From a virus, in IMG/VR virus record IMGVR_UViG_3300009783_000001: DNA of 54,074 bases; one strand, 5' to 3'. Position 1 is the first letter of the stretch; every line of letters starts with the position of its first letter. Below the pieces are notes generated by a model. The model searched no databases. It was not told the DNA's origin and saw only the letters and a list, made by a program, of their open reading frames with translations. This document shows, in pieces, positions 18,101 to 27,119 of the stretch. The translations under genes and the position numbers were made by a program.

Positions 18101-18294
18101 GCCTGGGCCAAGGAGGGCAGGTGACCCTCCGGGGTGTGGGTAGCAAGACTGCCGGAAACGTCATCAACGTGAGTCTCGAGTTCCCGATCACTAAGGCGGG
18201 TCAAGAGAACGAGATCAGGGCAATCATCGACGAGAAGCAATTCTTGCCGACGCTCATCCGAGGAATTCGATCTGGAGTAGGGAAGAAGCGATGA
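15196..18294 (+). CDS. tape measure protein
   Basis: 1032 aa, GTG start. N-terminal ...FEQIMSAVGAVSGASEKQMGKLRDTALDLG... is typical of the TMP core. Long helical/hydrophobic repeats. Confidence 0.9.
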   Translation: MSGYDLGTARGRVEIDASSLGRATAGLDKMGKGLLVTGAIGAAAFVGVVKAAADFEQIMSAVGAVSGASEKQMGKLRDTALDLGIKTKYSAKEVAAAMEDLVKAGVSVEDVVGGAAEATTMLAAAAGEELPGGITQGAEIIANAMKTFEASAEDLTHFSDVLVGAAASSTINIEDLATTLKYAGPIAHELGINIDDLSATIAILGDRGIKGSTAGTSLRGVLLSLTPSSKKATKAMKDLGYITEDGKNQFYDLKGNLKSMPEVMQVLQNGLKGLSKQQKVAAFNAIFQRRAMNSALVLAGQGAKGFDKYAESIKKTSAADIAAKKMDNLHGAIEILKSSVETLAIKAGTSLLGMLKGVVEWVTKVVNWFAALNPKTLELALKIIAISSAIAIALGSGLLFLSFLLKMYRAFVEVKAAMLLFGNALKISFLANPVFLVIAAIVALGAAFYLAYTKSESFRKFVDGLIDTLQDFVKPLQPIVDRLKLVGHYIAIMARMFLNGQQTAKKFGNIMGTITRILTGNRDASLWVTKAATKLYMVFRRLWEAADRLQAKIDFGKVAKIAGVALLAMLAPLVALAIGFMRLYRSNETFRNAIQSAIAWIKANVFPVFASLMELFRALVPVIATVARNVVPIIQAWFRLMTTIFKFFINFAKRAWALLGDNIIAILKNAFNIVKGVVTAALRIIQGIIQVVTGIIKGDWSMVWGGIQKIVSGAWAFILAIVKGALNAVWIAIQTAVDVLHLAWDTAWDAIKNVVPAAFNFMLQIVKKVLSAIYQVVLHLVKMLLQPFVWLYDKLVGHSVIPDMMNAMKNIIKGGLEAVLRFFREAPGKILGAMASLAGKLLTLGDKALDALLRGAKAGWSSLYNWVTMLPGKILSGLGNLGSILLGAGRSILQGLLDGMKEIWDDAAGWLGGLGGKIKDLKGPPEYDKTILINNGELIMQGLRKGLAAGMSDVEKQLAATTQMFDDYGLGQGGQVTLRGVGSKTAGNVINVSLEFPITKAGQENEIRAIIDEKQFLPTLIRGIRSGVGKKR

Positions 18295-20309
18295 CCATCG
18301 AAGAACTGGACCCGAACGCGGTCAACAGCAACACCTCGAGTCGGTTCAAAACCGAGTCAGGTACCACCTTCGCCACCGGCCACGTGGCCAAGCTGAGCGA
18401 TGCTTCAGATACGACCTATGCAACTCTGGGGTCGAATGATCTGACCACCCTTGCGGTGGCGCTCAGTGACACCGTAGTGCTGACCGGAGATGACCGGATT
18501 GCGGGTGTCCGTACCCGGGCTCGTTTCATCGTGCCGAAGGGCCATCAGGGCATCTTGAAGTTGGTCGAGGACAGCACGGTCTTGGACGAGGCTCGCTTCA
18601 AGGGGGGAACTCGGGCCACCTACTACGGCGACTGGATCCGTAAGACGCGGTTGGGCGCTGAGTGGGGTCCCACTGACATGGCTGACCTGACCATGCAGTT
18701 CACCAGCGCTTCCGCGTTGAGCACGCTGTACCGGTATGTGCTCGAGTACGACGTTCGGGAAATCCCCCTTGCTTCGCCGGCCTGGCCCATCAACGGGAGC
18801 TTTGCTGCCCCTACCGCTCAGTTCACCTGGAGCTACCAGCAGGACCAGCTTCAGACCCAGTTCGATCTGCTGATCTTCGATGCGGCGACTGCGGAAGCGG
18901 GAGGCGGGTGGGAGCCCAGCCCAGTTGATGCCTTGGCTCGGGTTCAGGGGGTCCAGAACTCCCCCTCGGTGGTCTTGTACCTGGGCAATGAGGCTGACTA
19001 CTCCCACACCCCAAGCGGGCCCATGCTCGACCTCGTTCGGGGCGACACGTACTACTGGGCCCTTCGTGTGGCTCAAGACTTCAACGGGGAGACCTGGTGG
19101 GGACAGTACACCCAGCCTTTCGCCTTCGTTTACCAAGGGCGGCCCACCCTTGACGTCTCCGCCCCGATCGGCGACATCACCACGAGCACCAGCCCGCTAG
19201 TGGACTGGACTTTCACCGATACGGAGAACAGCAAGCCCCAGCAGGCGTATGCGGTGAAGGTATTCGAAGAGCCGGTCGCAGGTTGGAGTGGTTTCAATCC
19301 TGGGCGTCCCTGGGATCGCGTCGGAGAAACGACTGCACCGATCACCCGATCGTCGACACCCGGGGGAGCGCCTGAGTCATCGGTCGTGAGGAGCGCCACC
19401 ACCCAGTGGCAGATCCCCCGGCCGCTGAAGAACAACACCACCTACCGGGCCTACGTCTGGGCTCAGCAGGCTGACCCGGTTGACACTCGTCGGGGCCCCG
19501 GTGAGTGGGAGATCAACGAAGAAGCTGAGTTCACCATCGACATCGCCGCCCAAGCGGCCCCGGCGATCACGGTCCAGGCTGAGCCAGAGAACGGGCGGAT
19601 GTCAATTCAGGTGGTTGCCGATGTCACCGACACCGACTCGGTGGCTCTCACCATCCTGAGGTCAACTGATGGGGTCAACTTTCAGTCGTTCCCCCTCACC
19701 CTGAGCTGGTTCGGTGGGCACCGGATGCGTAGTCGACGCATGGCTGGTTTTGCCATCGACCTGGACGGGGGTACGAACCAGTTCTACGACTACACCATGC
19801 CCCTGAACAAGCAGGTCTACTACCGGGCGTACACCATCCGCGTCGTGACCGGGTCGGACATTGCTGGTCTCTCGAGTCAAGACAACGACTTGGTCTCCAG
19901 CAACCGCACCTGGTTCAGCGACCCCTACGGTGATGGTTCCATCGTTTCCTACCCGGTTCAAGATGACTGGATCTCGTTGACCCGCCCCACACCTCGCACG
20001 GTTCACAAGCCCATTGGCCGCAGTCGAGCTTTGGTCAACCGGGGCCAGACCATGGGTGACGAGTTCACAGTCAACTTCCTCATCCTCGGTCTCGACCACT
20101 TCAACGAGTTCATGCAGTGGATGGAGACCAAAGACACCTGGATGTTCCGCAACGAGGACAAGGCCTGGTGGGTGCAGGTAGCCGGCGACATCGCTTGGGA
20201 GGATTACCTCTGGGACAACTCCCATGAGGCTGACCAGGCAGCCCAGAAGGTAGCCATCCCGTTCATCGAGGTTGCAGACCCCGATCCTGACGATGAGGTG
20301 GAGGCATGA
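18291..20309 (+). CDS. minor tail protein (distal-tail-protein-like C-terminus)
   Basis: 672 aa, first gene after the TMP with start/stop overlap. Confidence 0.65.
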   Translation: MTIEELDPNAVNSNTSSRFKTESGTTFATGHVAKLSDASDTTYATLGSNDLTTLAVALSDTVVLTGDDRIAGVRTRARFIVPKGHQGILKLVEDSTVLDEARFKGGTRATYYGDWIRKTRLGAEWGPTDMADLTMQFTSASALSTLYRYVLEYDVREIPLASPAWPINGSFAAPTAQFTWSYQQDQLQTQFDLLIFDAATAEAGGGWEPSPVDALARVQGVQNSPSVVLYLGNEADYSHTPSGPMLDLVRGDTYYWALRVAQDFNGETWWGQYTQPFAFVYQGRPTLDVSAPIGDITTSTSPLVDWTFTDTENSKPQQAYAVKVFEEPVAGWSGFNPGRPWDRVGETTAPITRSSTPGGAPESSVVRSATTQWQIPRPLKNNTTYRAYVWAQQADPVDTRRGPGEWEINEEAEFTIDIAAQAAPAITVQAEPENGRMSIQVVADVTDTDSVALTILRSTDGVNFQSFPLTLSWFGGHRMRSRRMAGFAIDLDGGTNQFYDYTMPLNKQVYYRAYTIRVVTGSDIAGLSSQDNDLVSSNRTWFSDPYGDGSIVSYPVQDDWISLTRPTPRTVHKPIGRSRALVNRGQTMGDEFTVNFLILGLDHFNEFMQWMETKDTWMFRNEDKAWWVQVAGDIAWEDYLWDNSHEADQAAQKVAIPFIEVADPDPDDEVEA

Positions 20310-21469
20310 GGGCACGAAGCGCCAAGTTCGATGAGGCAATCCGCAATGGTGCCGAGATCGTTTCCGAAGCAATCCTGTACCGGGGGGCCGAGCGCCTTCG
20401 TACACTCCCCGTGCTCGAGGGCTCATGGACCGAAGATCAAACTGCGTCGGTGCGGAGCAGTGCTCAGTTCACCCTGGGCGCTGAGAATCCCGACGATGTA
20501 GTGCCCTCGAACGACCCGCTCGACACCTCTGGGCTTTGGCCAACGGGCAACGAGATCCAGCTTCGATGCGGCGTCAAGTACCGAGATGGCTCTAAGGAGT
20601 TGCTCGACATCGGTCGCTTCCGCATCAGTAAGCCCAAGGCCACCATGTCGGTGGATGGCGGCATCCAGGTGACCGTCGACGCCTACGATCGCTCCCGCAG
20701 CATGTCTCGGTCGAAGTTCGTCCGCCCCTACGGCATCTTCCCAGGTAAGGACTATGCGACGGCGATCGCTGACCTGGTGCAAAGCCGAGTGCCCTGGGTC
20801 CCTCGAGAGTCGTACGAGTTCATGCGAACTGATGGCTATGGGGGCAACCCGAAGTACAACGCCCCCGGCGCCATCTTCGTGATGGAGGATGATCCGGTAG
20901 ACAAGGTCATGGAGATGGCAGCCTCCTTCGGTGCTGAGTTCTTCTTCAACGAACGCGGGGCGCCAGTACTCCAGCCCATCCCTCAGCTCGGCGATCAGGC
21001 GGTGTGGGCATATCGAGCGGACGAGGCCTCCTTGTTGCTCGACCTGTCTCGAGAGCTGGATGATGAGCTTGCCTACAACGGCCTGATCGTGACCGGCATC
21101 AACTCGGAATCAGTCGAGGTTGCTCGAGCTGAGAAGTGGGACACGGACGTTCGCTCGCCTACTTACTACGACCCGGCCTTCCCCGATCGCACCATCTACG
21201 GTGCCGTGCCTGCGTTCATGACTTCCGAGCTCATCACGAGCCAAGCTCAGGCTGTTGCTGCCGCCTACGGCAACTTCCCTCGAGTCACCGGAGTCATCGA
21301 GGCCATCGACTTCACCGCCGTGCCCCATTTCGCCCACCAGGCCGGGGATGTCATTCGAGCTGAGGTCGAAGAACTGGGGGCTGAGGGGCACTTCATCCTG
21401 GAGTCCTTCACTTGCGGCATCACTCACGCGGGCACCTTGGCCGCAACCACCCGCCGGAGGCAGCTGTGA
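20306..21469 (+). CDS. minor tail protein (baseplate hub/Tal-like)
   Basis: 387 aa, second gene after the TMP, ATGA-coupled. Confidence 0.6.
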   Translation: MRARSAKFDEAIRNGAEIVSEAILYRGAERLRTLPVLEGSWTEDQTASVRSSAQFTLGAENPDDVVPSNDPLDTSGLWPTGNEIQLRCGVKYRDGSKELLDIGRFRISKPKATMSVDGGIQVTVDAYDRSRSMSRSKFVRPYGIFPGKDYATAIADLVQSRVPWVPRESYEFMRTDGYGGNPKYNAPGAIFVMEDDPVDKVMEMAASFGAEFFFNERGAPVLQPIPQLGDQAVWAYRADEASLLLDLSRELDDELAYNGLIVTGINSESVEVARAEKWDTDVRSPTYYDPAFPDRTIYGAVPAFMTSELITSQAQAVAAAYGNFPRVTGVIEAIDFTAVPHFAHQAGDVIRAEVEELGAEGHFILESFTCGITHAGTLAATTRRRQL

Positions 21470-22164
21470 ACGAGAGTCGATCTGATGTAATGGAGGCTGC
21501 CCGCCTCATCGGGCAAGCCCTTTCACCCAATGATCCCGCGTCCTCAGGAGGCGCTGGGCTGATCCGTGGGACGGTGGTAAGCGTCGAGGGCGATAGCTGC
21601 ACCATCAATGTGCTCGATAGCGGCTTGCATCAACCCAGGGTCTACTTCTTGAAGGACTCCTACCACCCTCGAGTTGAGGACAAGGTATGGCTTGTCCCAA
21701 ACGGCTCGGACTACTTCATCCTGGGTCGAACTGGAACGGGCCCGGGCTGGTATGAATACGACTCCTGGATCGGGTTTACCGGCTGGTACGAGGGCGGAGC
21801 CGGGTTGATCGAGACTCGGTACCGCATGATCGGGGGCCTTTGTCACTTCCAGTTCAGAGTCGACTTCAGCGGAACCATCCTTCACCCCACGGCCTCGCTC
21901 ACCCTTCGGCTGCCTTTCCAAGCAGTTGACGGCTTCGAGCAGGCAGGTGTGGCCTATTACATCGACGCAAGTACCGGAATTCGGTACCATGGGCAGTGCC
22001 TGGTCATTGACTCGACCGACCCTCAGTACCTCTACTTCTCGCATGAAGATGCCTCTTTCGGAGTGATCGGAAACGACCCATTCAACTGGGCTTCTGGTGA
22101 TAGCTTCGGTGGTTCCATTTCTTACGAGATTGCAACACCCACACCCGAGCAGGAAGAAGAGTGA
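21466..22164 (+). CDS. minor tail protein (tip/spike-like)
   Basis: GTG 21466 overlaps the upstream stop (alternative ATG 21490). N-terminal GLIRGTVVSVEGDSCTINVLD...VWLVPNGSDYFILG has an OB/spike-like pattern. Confidence 0.5.
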   Translation: MNESRSDVMEAARLIGQALSPNDPASSGGAGLIRGTVVSVEGDSCTINVLDSGLHQPRVYFLKDSYHPRVEDKVWLVPNGSDYFILGRTGTGPGWYEYDSWIGFTGWYEGGAGLIETRYRMIGGLCHFQFRVDFSGTILHPTASLTLRLPFQAVDGFEQAGVAYYIDASTGIRYHGQCLVIDSTDPQYLYFSHEDASFGVIGNDPFNWASGDSFGGSISYEIATPTPEQEEE

Positions 22165-22165
22165 C

Positions 22166-23029
22166 ATGGACGGCAACCCGTCAACCATCCCCTACGTGCA
22201 GGCCCGAGATCAGTGGCCTGGGCTGACCCCGGTCGGGCTCACGATCCACGACATGGAGGCGCCAGAGAAGGGTGACACCGCCGAGCGGATCGCCCAGTAC
22301 TTCCGAGCCCCCTCTCGAACCAGCTCGGCGCACTACTGCCTCGACATCGACTCCATCGTGCAGTGCGTCCGGGACAACAACCGGGCCGCCCACGCCAAGG
22401 GCGTCAACTCGAAGCACCTCGGCCTCGAGCATGCCGGCTACGCGGGTCAGACCGCCGGCGAGTGGAACGATGCCTATAGCTGGACCATGCTCCAGCGGTC
22501 GGCGAAGTTCGCTCGGCTGAAGTGCGACCAGTACCGCATCCCGATCGTCTACCTGCCGGCCGCCGAGCTGCGTCGGGGCAACTTCCGGGGCATCACCACC
22601 CACAACGACGTGAGCATGGCGATCCCGGGCTCGGGTCACTGGGATCCGGGGCCCAACTTCCCGATGGGGCGGTACATCGAGCTCATCAAGAACGGCGCTG
22701 GTTCGGTCAAGCCGCCCGCCGCCAAGGGCTTCAAGCCCGGGGACGTCGGTCAGGGCGTCGCCTTCCTCCAGGCCATGCTCAACATCCTGGCGAAGCAGCG
22801 GGTCCCGGCCTCGGGTCGAGGTCACGGTGCCCAGCTGGTCATCAACAAGGACCCGAAGAAGGCCGGCTACGGGCCCAAGACCCGTGAGGCGGTCGCCGAG
22901 TTCGAGCGGTTCTGCAACGTGATGAACCGCATGGCCGGCAAGCCCCAGATCAAGGTCGATGGCATCGCCGACTCCCAGGTCTGCGGCTACATCGCGTTCT
23001 GGGTCCATCAGCTGAACATCAAGAAGTGA
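22166..23029 (+). CDS. endolysin: N-acetylmuramoyl-L-alanine amidase (amidase_2/PGRP) plus PG_binding_1-like domain
   Basis: HDMEAPEK...AHYCLD...LGLEHAG...THNDV...HWDPGPNFP amidase pattern. C-terminal GDVGQGVAFLQAMLN...YGPKTREAVAEFERF resembles a peptidoglycan-binding repeat. Confidence 0.85.
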   Translation: MDGNPSTIPYVQARDQWPGLTPVGLTIHDMEAPEKGDTAERIAQYFRAPSRTSSAHYCLDIDSIVQCVRDNNRAAHAKGVNSKHLGLEHAGYAGQTAGEWNDAYSWTMLQRSAKFARLKCDQYRIPIVYLPAAELRRGNFRGITTHNDVSMAIPGSGHWDPGPNFPMGRYIELIKNGAGSVKPPAAKGFKPGDVGQGVAFLQAMLNILAKQRVPASGRGHGAQLVINKDPKKAGYGPKTREAVAEFERFCNVMNRMAGKPQIKVDGIADSQVCGYIAFWVHQLNIKK

Positions 23030-23445
23030 GCGACGAGGTGAGGGCCCGCGTTGACGTAGATCGTTTGCACCTCATCCGGGCGGTGTGTGCAATGGTGGGT
23101 GTGTCCCACTTCATCTTCGCCTTCTGGGTGGGGAAAGCGACCTACTTCATCACTGGCCCTCAGCTCATGTGGTCTCTCCCCTTCGGCTTGGCTGGGGTGC
23201 TCTGCGCCTCCATCGCCGTCCACCCCACAAGTGACCGAAGAATCGTTTACGCCGGAGGCTTGACCGTCCTGGTTTACACCTCTCGAGCTACGGCGATCGT
23301 GGTTGCTTGGTCCCGAGGCGAGGTCAGCCTCTGGTCCGCTCAGTCCGCCATTGCGGGTACTGCCTGGTTGCTTTTGGCATTCTTTGCCCTGGTGACCTTC
23401 TTCCTGATGACGGACTACTTGAGCAACCAAGGGGATGGACCATGA
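23026..23445 (+). CDS. holin-like membrane protein (about 4 TM segments)
   Basis: 139 aa with four hydrophobic stretches. Directly follows the endolysin with a start/stop overlap. Confidence 0.55.
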   Translation: MSDEVRARVDVDRLHLIRAVCAMVGVSHFIFAFWVGKATYFITGPQLMWSLPFGLAGVLCASIAVHPTSDRRIVYAGGLTVLVYTSRATAIVVAWSRGEVSLWSAQSAIAGTAWLLLAFFALVTFFLMTDYLSNQGDGP

Positions 23446-23696
23446 TCTTTGGTATCGAACCGGCAAATGCCGCCATCGGAGGTGTGTTCACGCTTCTGCT
23501 CGGGATCTTCACGGTCACCGTGCGGTTGCTGACGGCCACCCAGAACCGCAGCGATCGAAGGAATGACCTCGACGTCGACCGCTTGAACAAGGAGCTCGAG
23601 GCCGTGAAGGAAGAGAGGGATGAGTACCGGGACAAGTGGTTGGATTCCCTCGCTGAACTGCACCACCCTCAACACCCCCCGAAGGACAACTCATGA
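23442..23696 (+). CDS. lysis-cassette membrane protein (N-terminal TM plus charged coiled coil)
   Basis: ATG 23442 (ATGA coupling). TM segment AAIGGVFTLLLGIFTVTV, then DLDVDRLNKELEAVKEERDEYRDKW. Confidence 0.5.
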   Translation: MIFGIEPANAAIGGVFTLLLGIFTVTVRLLTATQNRSDRRNDLDVDRLNKELEAVKEERDEYRDKWLDSLAELHHPQHPPKDNS

Positions 23697-23785
23697 CCAC
23701 CCACTGGGTCGACAAGACCACCCTCCAGAAGGTCGGCGACATCGCCTAGACCGTCTTCGCCCTCATCATCCTGACCCTGCTGGGT

Positions 23786-24133
23786 GTGGGAGTCTCGTTG
23801 CTCCTCTCGCTCAGCCACACGACGAAAGATCAGGCCAGCTCCATCGACGACTTGACCGAGGTTCTCGATCGCAGGTCGCCCATCATGGAGCACCTCGGCT
23901 GTTACGAACAGAGGCTGACCGCCTACCTGGTTGCCAACCAGAACCTGTCGAACTACATCCTTTCGATCGGCGAGGGGTTCTTGGGCGGGACGCCCTTGAC
24001 CCCCGAACAGCGTGCCCGGCTGACTGAGCTCCAGGACCTTCGCAACGAGGCTGCCCAAGACCTGGCCCACGCGACCGAGTACGGCTCGCCCAACCCCTGT
24101 CCCTCCCTGCCCCTACCGAAAGGCACTTCATGA
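23786..24133 (+). CDS. lysis-cassette protein; 5' part (ATG 23693) is separated by an in-frame TAG at 23747-23749
   Basis: GTG 23786 is the first start after the TAG but bisects the hydrophobic helix TVFALIILTLLGVGVSLLLSL. See findings. Confidence 0.45.
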   Translation: MGVSLLLSLSHTTKDQASSIDDLTEVLDRRSPIMEHLGCYEQRLTAYLVANQNLSNYILSIGEGFLGGTPLTPEQRARLTELQDLRNEAAQDLAHATEYGSPNPCPSLPLPKGTS

Positions 24134-24363
24134 CCCAGCCAACTGACGACCCGGGTTACTCGCCCGGCAACATCCTCGACAAGCAACCGGTGACCATCAG
24201 CACGGTCATCATCGCCGGCATCAACGTTGGTGTGGCCTTCGGGCTGGACGTCACCGTGGAACAGCTGGCGGCGATCAACGTCTTCGTGACGGGTGGCCTC
24301 GCGTTGTTCGTCAACAAGAAGACCGCCAACAAGGCCGTCCTCCAGGGGATGGCCCAGAACTAG
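24130..24363 (+). CDS. small membrane protein (holin-like)
   Basis: 77 aa with two hydrophobic segments (VIIAGINVGVAFGL, VFVTGGLALFV). Last gene of the late operon. Confidence 0.6.
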   Translation: MTQPTDDPGYSPGNILDKQPVTISTVIIAGINVGVAFGLDVTVEQLAAINVFVTGGLALFVNKKTANKAVLQGMAQN

Positions 24364-24383
24364 GGGGTGATCCTCAATCTACG

Positions 24384-24442
24384 CAATCAGCCCAATCGGT
24401 GCTGCTCGATGATGAGCGCATCGGTTGGGCTGATTGTCGTGT
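24384..24442 (+). terminator. long hairpin ending the late operon
   Basis: CAATCAGCCCAATCG ... CGGTTGGGCTGATTG (15-bp arms, one mismatch), then a TCGTGT tail. Confidence 0.5.
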
Positions 24443-24542
24443 AGGGAGTCGTGAGTCAAGATGGGTACCTGCATCATGCATGATTGGCGCATCGCATAGC
24501 CGCAAGAGCTTAGGGACGCTCAAGGACGCACACTTTCGTCGA

Positions 24543-24570
24543 CACACCAAAGGACCCCGCCGAAGCGGGG
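24543..24570 (-). terminator. intrinsic terminator of the leftward gene 24617-25120
   Basis: On the minus strand: CCCCGC-ttcg-GCGGGG followed by TCCTTTGGTGTG. Confidence 0.6.
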
Positions 24571-24616
24571 CCCGATGGCGATCTTCAGGGGCGAAGGGTG
24601 GGGCGCCCCCGAGTGA

Positions 24617-25120
24617 TCAGTCGTCGTCCTCGTCGATGTCGATGTCGACCACGTCGTCGTCATCGTCGGCGGGAGCGGCCTTGCCCTTGCCCTTCTTGCC
24701 CTTGCCCTTGGACCCTTCCTTGGCCTTCTTGGCGGCCTTGTCCTCCTTGAGCTTGGCAAGGGCGGCCTTCTTGCCCTCCTCGAGCTCGCCGGCGGTCACG
24801 GCCTTGATGATCGCCTTGACCTCGGGGTCCTTCAGCCCGTCGGGCCAGTCGTAGCGGGAGCGGTTCCCCGGCACGACCTCACGGTTGACCCGGGGCTTGT
24901 CCTCCCGAGCCATCCGGCGGATCTGGGTGCGGAGGTCCCGGGTCGAGATCTCCTTGCCCGTCTTCTCGGAGAGGTACTTGGCGAGGTCGGCGACCCCGAA
25001 GGTCACCTCGGTCTTGGTGGACTTGGAGGTGGTCTCCTCGCCCTCCTCGGCGGCATCGAGCTCCTCGAGCTCGACCTCGTCCTCGGCAGCCTTCTTGTTG
25101 GCGGGGGCCTTCTTGGCCAT
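24617..25120 (-). CDS. DNA-binding-like protein with Lys/Gly-rich segment and poly-acidic tail
   Basis: 167 aa. Central ADLAKYLSEKTGKEISTRDLRTQIRRM helix-turn-helix-like segment, KKAKEGSKGKGKKGKGK, and C-terminus DDDDDVVDIDIDEDDD. Has its own promoter and terminator. Confidence 0.7.
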   Translation of the reverse strand: MAKKAPANKKAAEDEVELEELDAAEEGEETTSKSTKTEVTFGVADLAKYLSEKTGKEISTRDLRTQIRRMAREDKPRVNREVVPGNRSRYDWPDGLKDPEVKAIIKAVTAGELEEGKKAALAKLKEDKAAKKAKEGSKGKGKKGKGKAAPADDDDDVVDIDIDEDDD

Positions 25121-25173
25121 GATGTCGTTCCTTCATGTGTCGGTGGGGGCATCTCGCCCCTTGAGCAATAAGC

Positions 25174-25202
25174 ACCTTATGCCCTCAAGCCCTTCTTGTC
25201 AA
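25174..25202 (-). promoter_or_regulatory. sigma70-like promoter for 24617-25120
   Basis: Minus strand: TTGACA (25202-25197), 17 nt, TAAGGT (25179-25174). Confidence 0.55.
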
Positions 25203-25257
25203 GGCAGGTTGATCTTGTTATTCCTGTCGCTCTGGTGTTTTACAAGAACAAAGTGCC

Positions 25258-25286
25258 TTGACAAGGCATCACGCCCCATATATGAT
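25258..25286 (+). promoter_or_regulatory. sigma70-like promoter of the rightward replication/nucleotide block
   Basis: TTGACA (25258-25263), 17 nt, TATGAT (25281-25286). The -35 sits in the palindrome TGCCTTGaCAAGGCA. Confidence 0.6.
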
Positions 25287-25317
25287 GACGGCATCGAATC
25301 AATCGCCGAGGGGTGAC

Positions 25318-25506
25318 ATGGGAAAGACTGCAAGGGTGGTTGAACTTCCAAAGTGCAACTTCCACGACAACTGCAAGGCCAAGTACGACTTCCGTACCAA
25401 GTTCCGCAGCTGGGCATTCGGCTGCGAGGTTGCCTACCAGGAGAACAGGGCATCGACCGAGCTGGGCACCGGCAACGGTCAGAAGCTGGTGGTGATCGGT
25501 GAGTGA
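25318..25506 (+). CDS. hypothetical small Cys-containing protein (62 aa)
   Basis: ATG 25318 preceded by GAGGGG. It is the first ORF downstream of the promoter. Confidence 0.5.
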   Translation: MGKTARVVELPKCNFHDNCKAKYDFRTKFRSWAFGCEVAYQENRASTELGTGNGQKLVVIGE

Positions 25507-25774
25507 CTACACCGCATGCCGAACCCTGGGACACTCATGGGATGAGGTCCCCTCAACCTGGAAGCCCGACAACGGGTTGGCAGTCATCACATTGCGCTGC
25601 ACGCGATGCACGACCACGCGAGAGGATGTCATCAGTCGACTCAGCGGAGGTCTTTACGGGAGGTACTACACCTACCCCGAGGGCTACAAGGACGTCGAGA
25701 AGCAGAACAAGGACGCCTGGCGGAAGCAATACCTGAAGAAGACGAAGCGACCGAACATGAGGAGAACTGCCTGA
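25499..25774 (+). CDS. hypothetical protein (91 aa, Cys/His-containing)
   Basis: GTG 25499 overlaps the upstream stop. CRTLGHSW...LRCTRC pattern. Confidence 0.5.
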   Translation: MSDYTACRTLGHSWDEVPSTWKPDNGLAVITLRCTRCTTTREDVISRLSGGLYGRYYTYPEGYKDVEKQNKDAWRKQYLKKTKRPNMRRTA

Positions 25775-26007
25775 TGGCCCAGTACGGCACGGGACGAAAG
25801 CCCCACACATGCTGGAGGTGCAAGCTTCTCTTCGAGCAAGAGCTCGAGGATGAGAGAGAAGGTCGAACCCTGAAGCGCAACCGCAAGTTGCCGCTGTTCA
25901 ACGAGTTCTACAAGCTCTTTCGGGAGGGCGGGACCAGCAAGGTCAAGGACTGGATCGACGAGCGATACGCCGAACAACACAAAGGACACAAGAAGTCATG
26001 GGTATGA
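25774..26007 (+). CDS. hypothetical protein (77 aa)
   Basis: ATG 25774 (TGATG coupling). HTCWRC motif. Confidence 0.5.
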   Translation: MAQYGTGRKPHTCWRCKLLFEQELEDEREGRTLKRNRKLPLFNEFYKLFREGGTSKVKDWIDERYAEQHKGHKKSWV

Positions 26008-27119
26008 GACCACTTACCGAACTGCAACTGCTGGGCGCAGAAGCCGGCTTCGACCCCACGGGCATGACTCGGGTTGAGATCATGGACCACCTGCGGGGTG
26101 TGGCCGACCGGTTCCAGATCGACCCGATGAAGGCGACGGACCTGAAGAAGCAGATCCACTGGGGCGAGGAACACCCCTTCCGGGACATCGCTCACCACCT
26201 GACGCCTGAGGTTGCCCTCGAGCCGAAGTACGACGGCTGCCGGATGAGGTTCTTCATCGGCGAGGATGGGTCTCGCATGAACACGGGTCGTCGATCGACG
26301 GTGACCTACGGCTACCTCGACCGCAGCGCCAACTTCCCCCACCTCGCTGCCCTCAAGTCGAAGAAGCATCACGGCACGGTGCTCGACGGGGAGCTCATGT
26401 CACCCACCGCCGTGATCCCCCTCAAGAAGGGCGGGCAGTCGAAGAGCAAGCTGAACGCGGCAGTCGCCATCGTCACGGTCAAGGATCAGGCATGGGCGAT
26501 CAAGGTCCAGGATGAGGTCGGGCCCTTCGAGTTCTACGCCTTCGACGTGCTGGTGTGGAGGGGTGAGGACGTCCGACATCTCAGCTACATCGAACGACGT
26601 CGACTGCTGCGCCGGGTCATGAAGTCGATGGAGAAGCCGTTCTTCAGGCCCACACCGATCTTGAAGGCGAGCCCCGCTGCGATCCTTTGGTGCCTGCGTG
26701 AGGGGTACGAGGGGGCGATGGTCAAGACCAAGCACGGCCCCTACGAGTCGGGGAAGCGATCGAAGCACTGGCACAAGATCAAGACCATGAGCACACTCGA
26801 TGGGGTCATCACCGGGTGGGACCCGGGCGAGGGCCGAAACGAGGGCAAGGTCGGCGGGGTGAAGATCTCGCTAAACCGAGGCAAAGATGACGAAGCATGG
26901 GACTTTGTCGAAGTTGGGCAGTTCGGGGCGATGGATGACGCGCTCCGACAGGCCATGACCGATGACTGGGATAGCTTCGAGCACCAGGTCGTCGAGGTTA
27001 TGGCTCAGGGCAAGACCAAGAACGGGCGCTTGCGACACCCGCAGTTCGTGCGATTCCGCCCCGACAAGTACCCGGTCGACTGCGGCATGGACCAGCTCGA
27101 TCACTTCCCGGAGGTCTGA
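25998..27119 (+). CDS. ATP-dependent DNA ligase
   Basis: Motif I EPKYDGCR (KxDGxR), FYAFDVL, EGAMVK, WHKIK, and OB-domain RHPQFVRFRPDK. Confidence 0.9.
   Translation: MGMRPLTELQLLGAEAGFDPTGMTRVEIMDHLRGVADRFQIDPMKATDLKKQIHWGEEHPFRDIAHHLTPEVALEPKYDGCRMRFFIGEDGSRMNTGRRSTVTYGYLDRSANFPHLAALKSKKHHGTVLDGELMSPTAVIPLKKGGQSKSKLNAAVAIVTVKDQAWAIKVQDEVGPFEFYAFDVLVWRGEDVRHLSYIERRRLLRRVMKSMEKPFFRPTPILKASPAAILWCLREGYEGAMVKTKHGPYESGKRSKHWHKIKTMSTLDGVITGWDPGEGRNEGKVGGVKISLNRGKDDEAWDFVEVGQFGAMDDALRQAMTDDWDSFEHQVVEVMAQGKTKNGRLRHPQFVRFRPDKYPVDCGMDQLDHFPEV

Noticed and set aside
15844-18240. 798-aa minus-strand ORF opposite the tape measure gene
   Set aside because: It is a shadow ORF of the TMP with a low-complexity translation. 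The + strand product has clear TMP features.
23747-23749. Genome-wide TAG reassignment (alternative genetic code) as the explanation for the in-frame TAG
   Set aside because: TAG terminates several well-supported genes at natural ends (888, 4492, 14969, 24363, 38031, 39054). I found no suppressor tRNA or any other tRNA gene. A local read-through or a mutation is more plausible.
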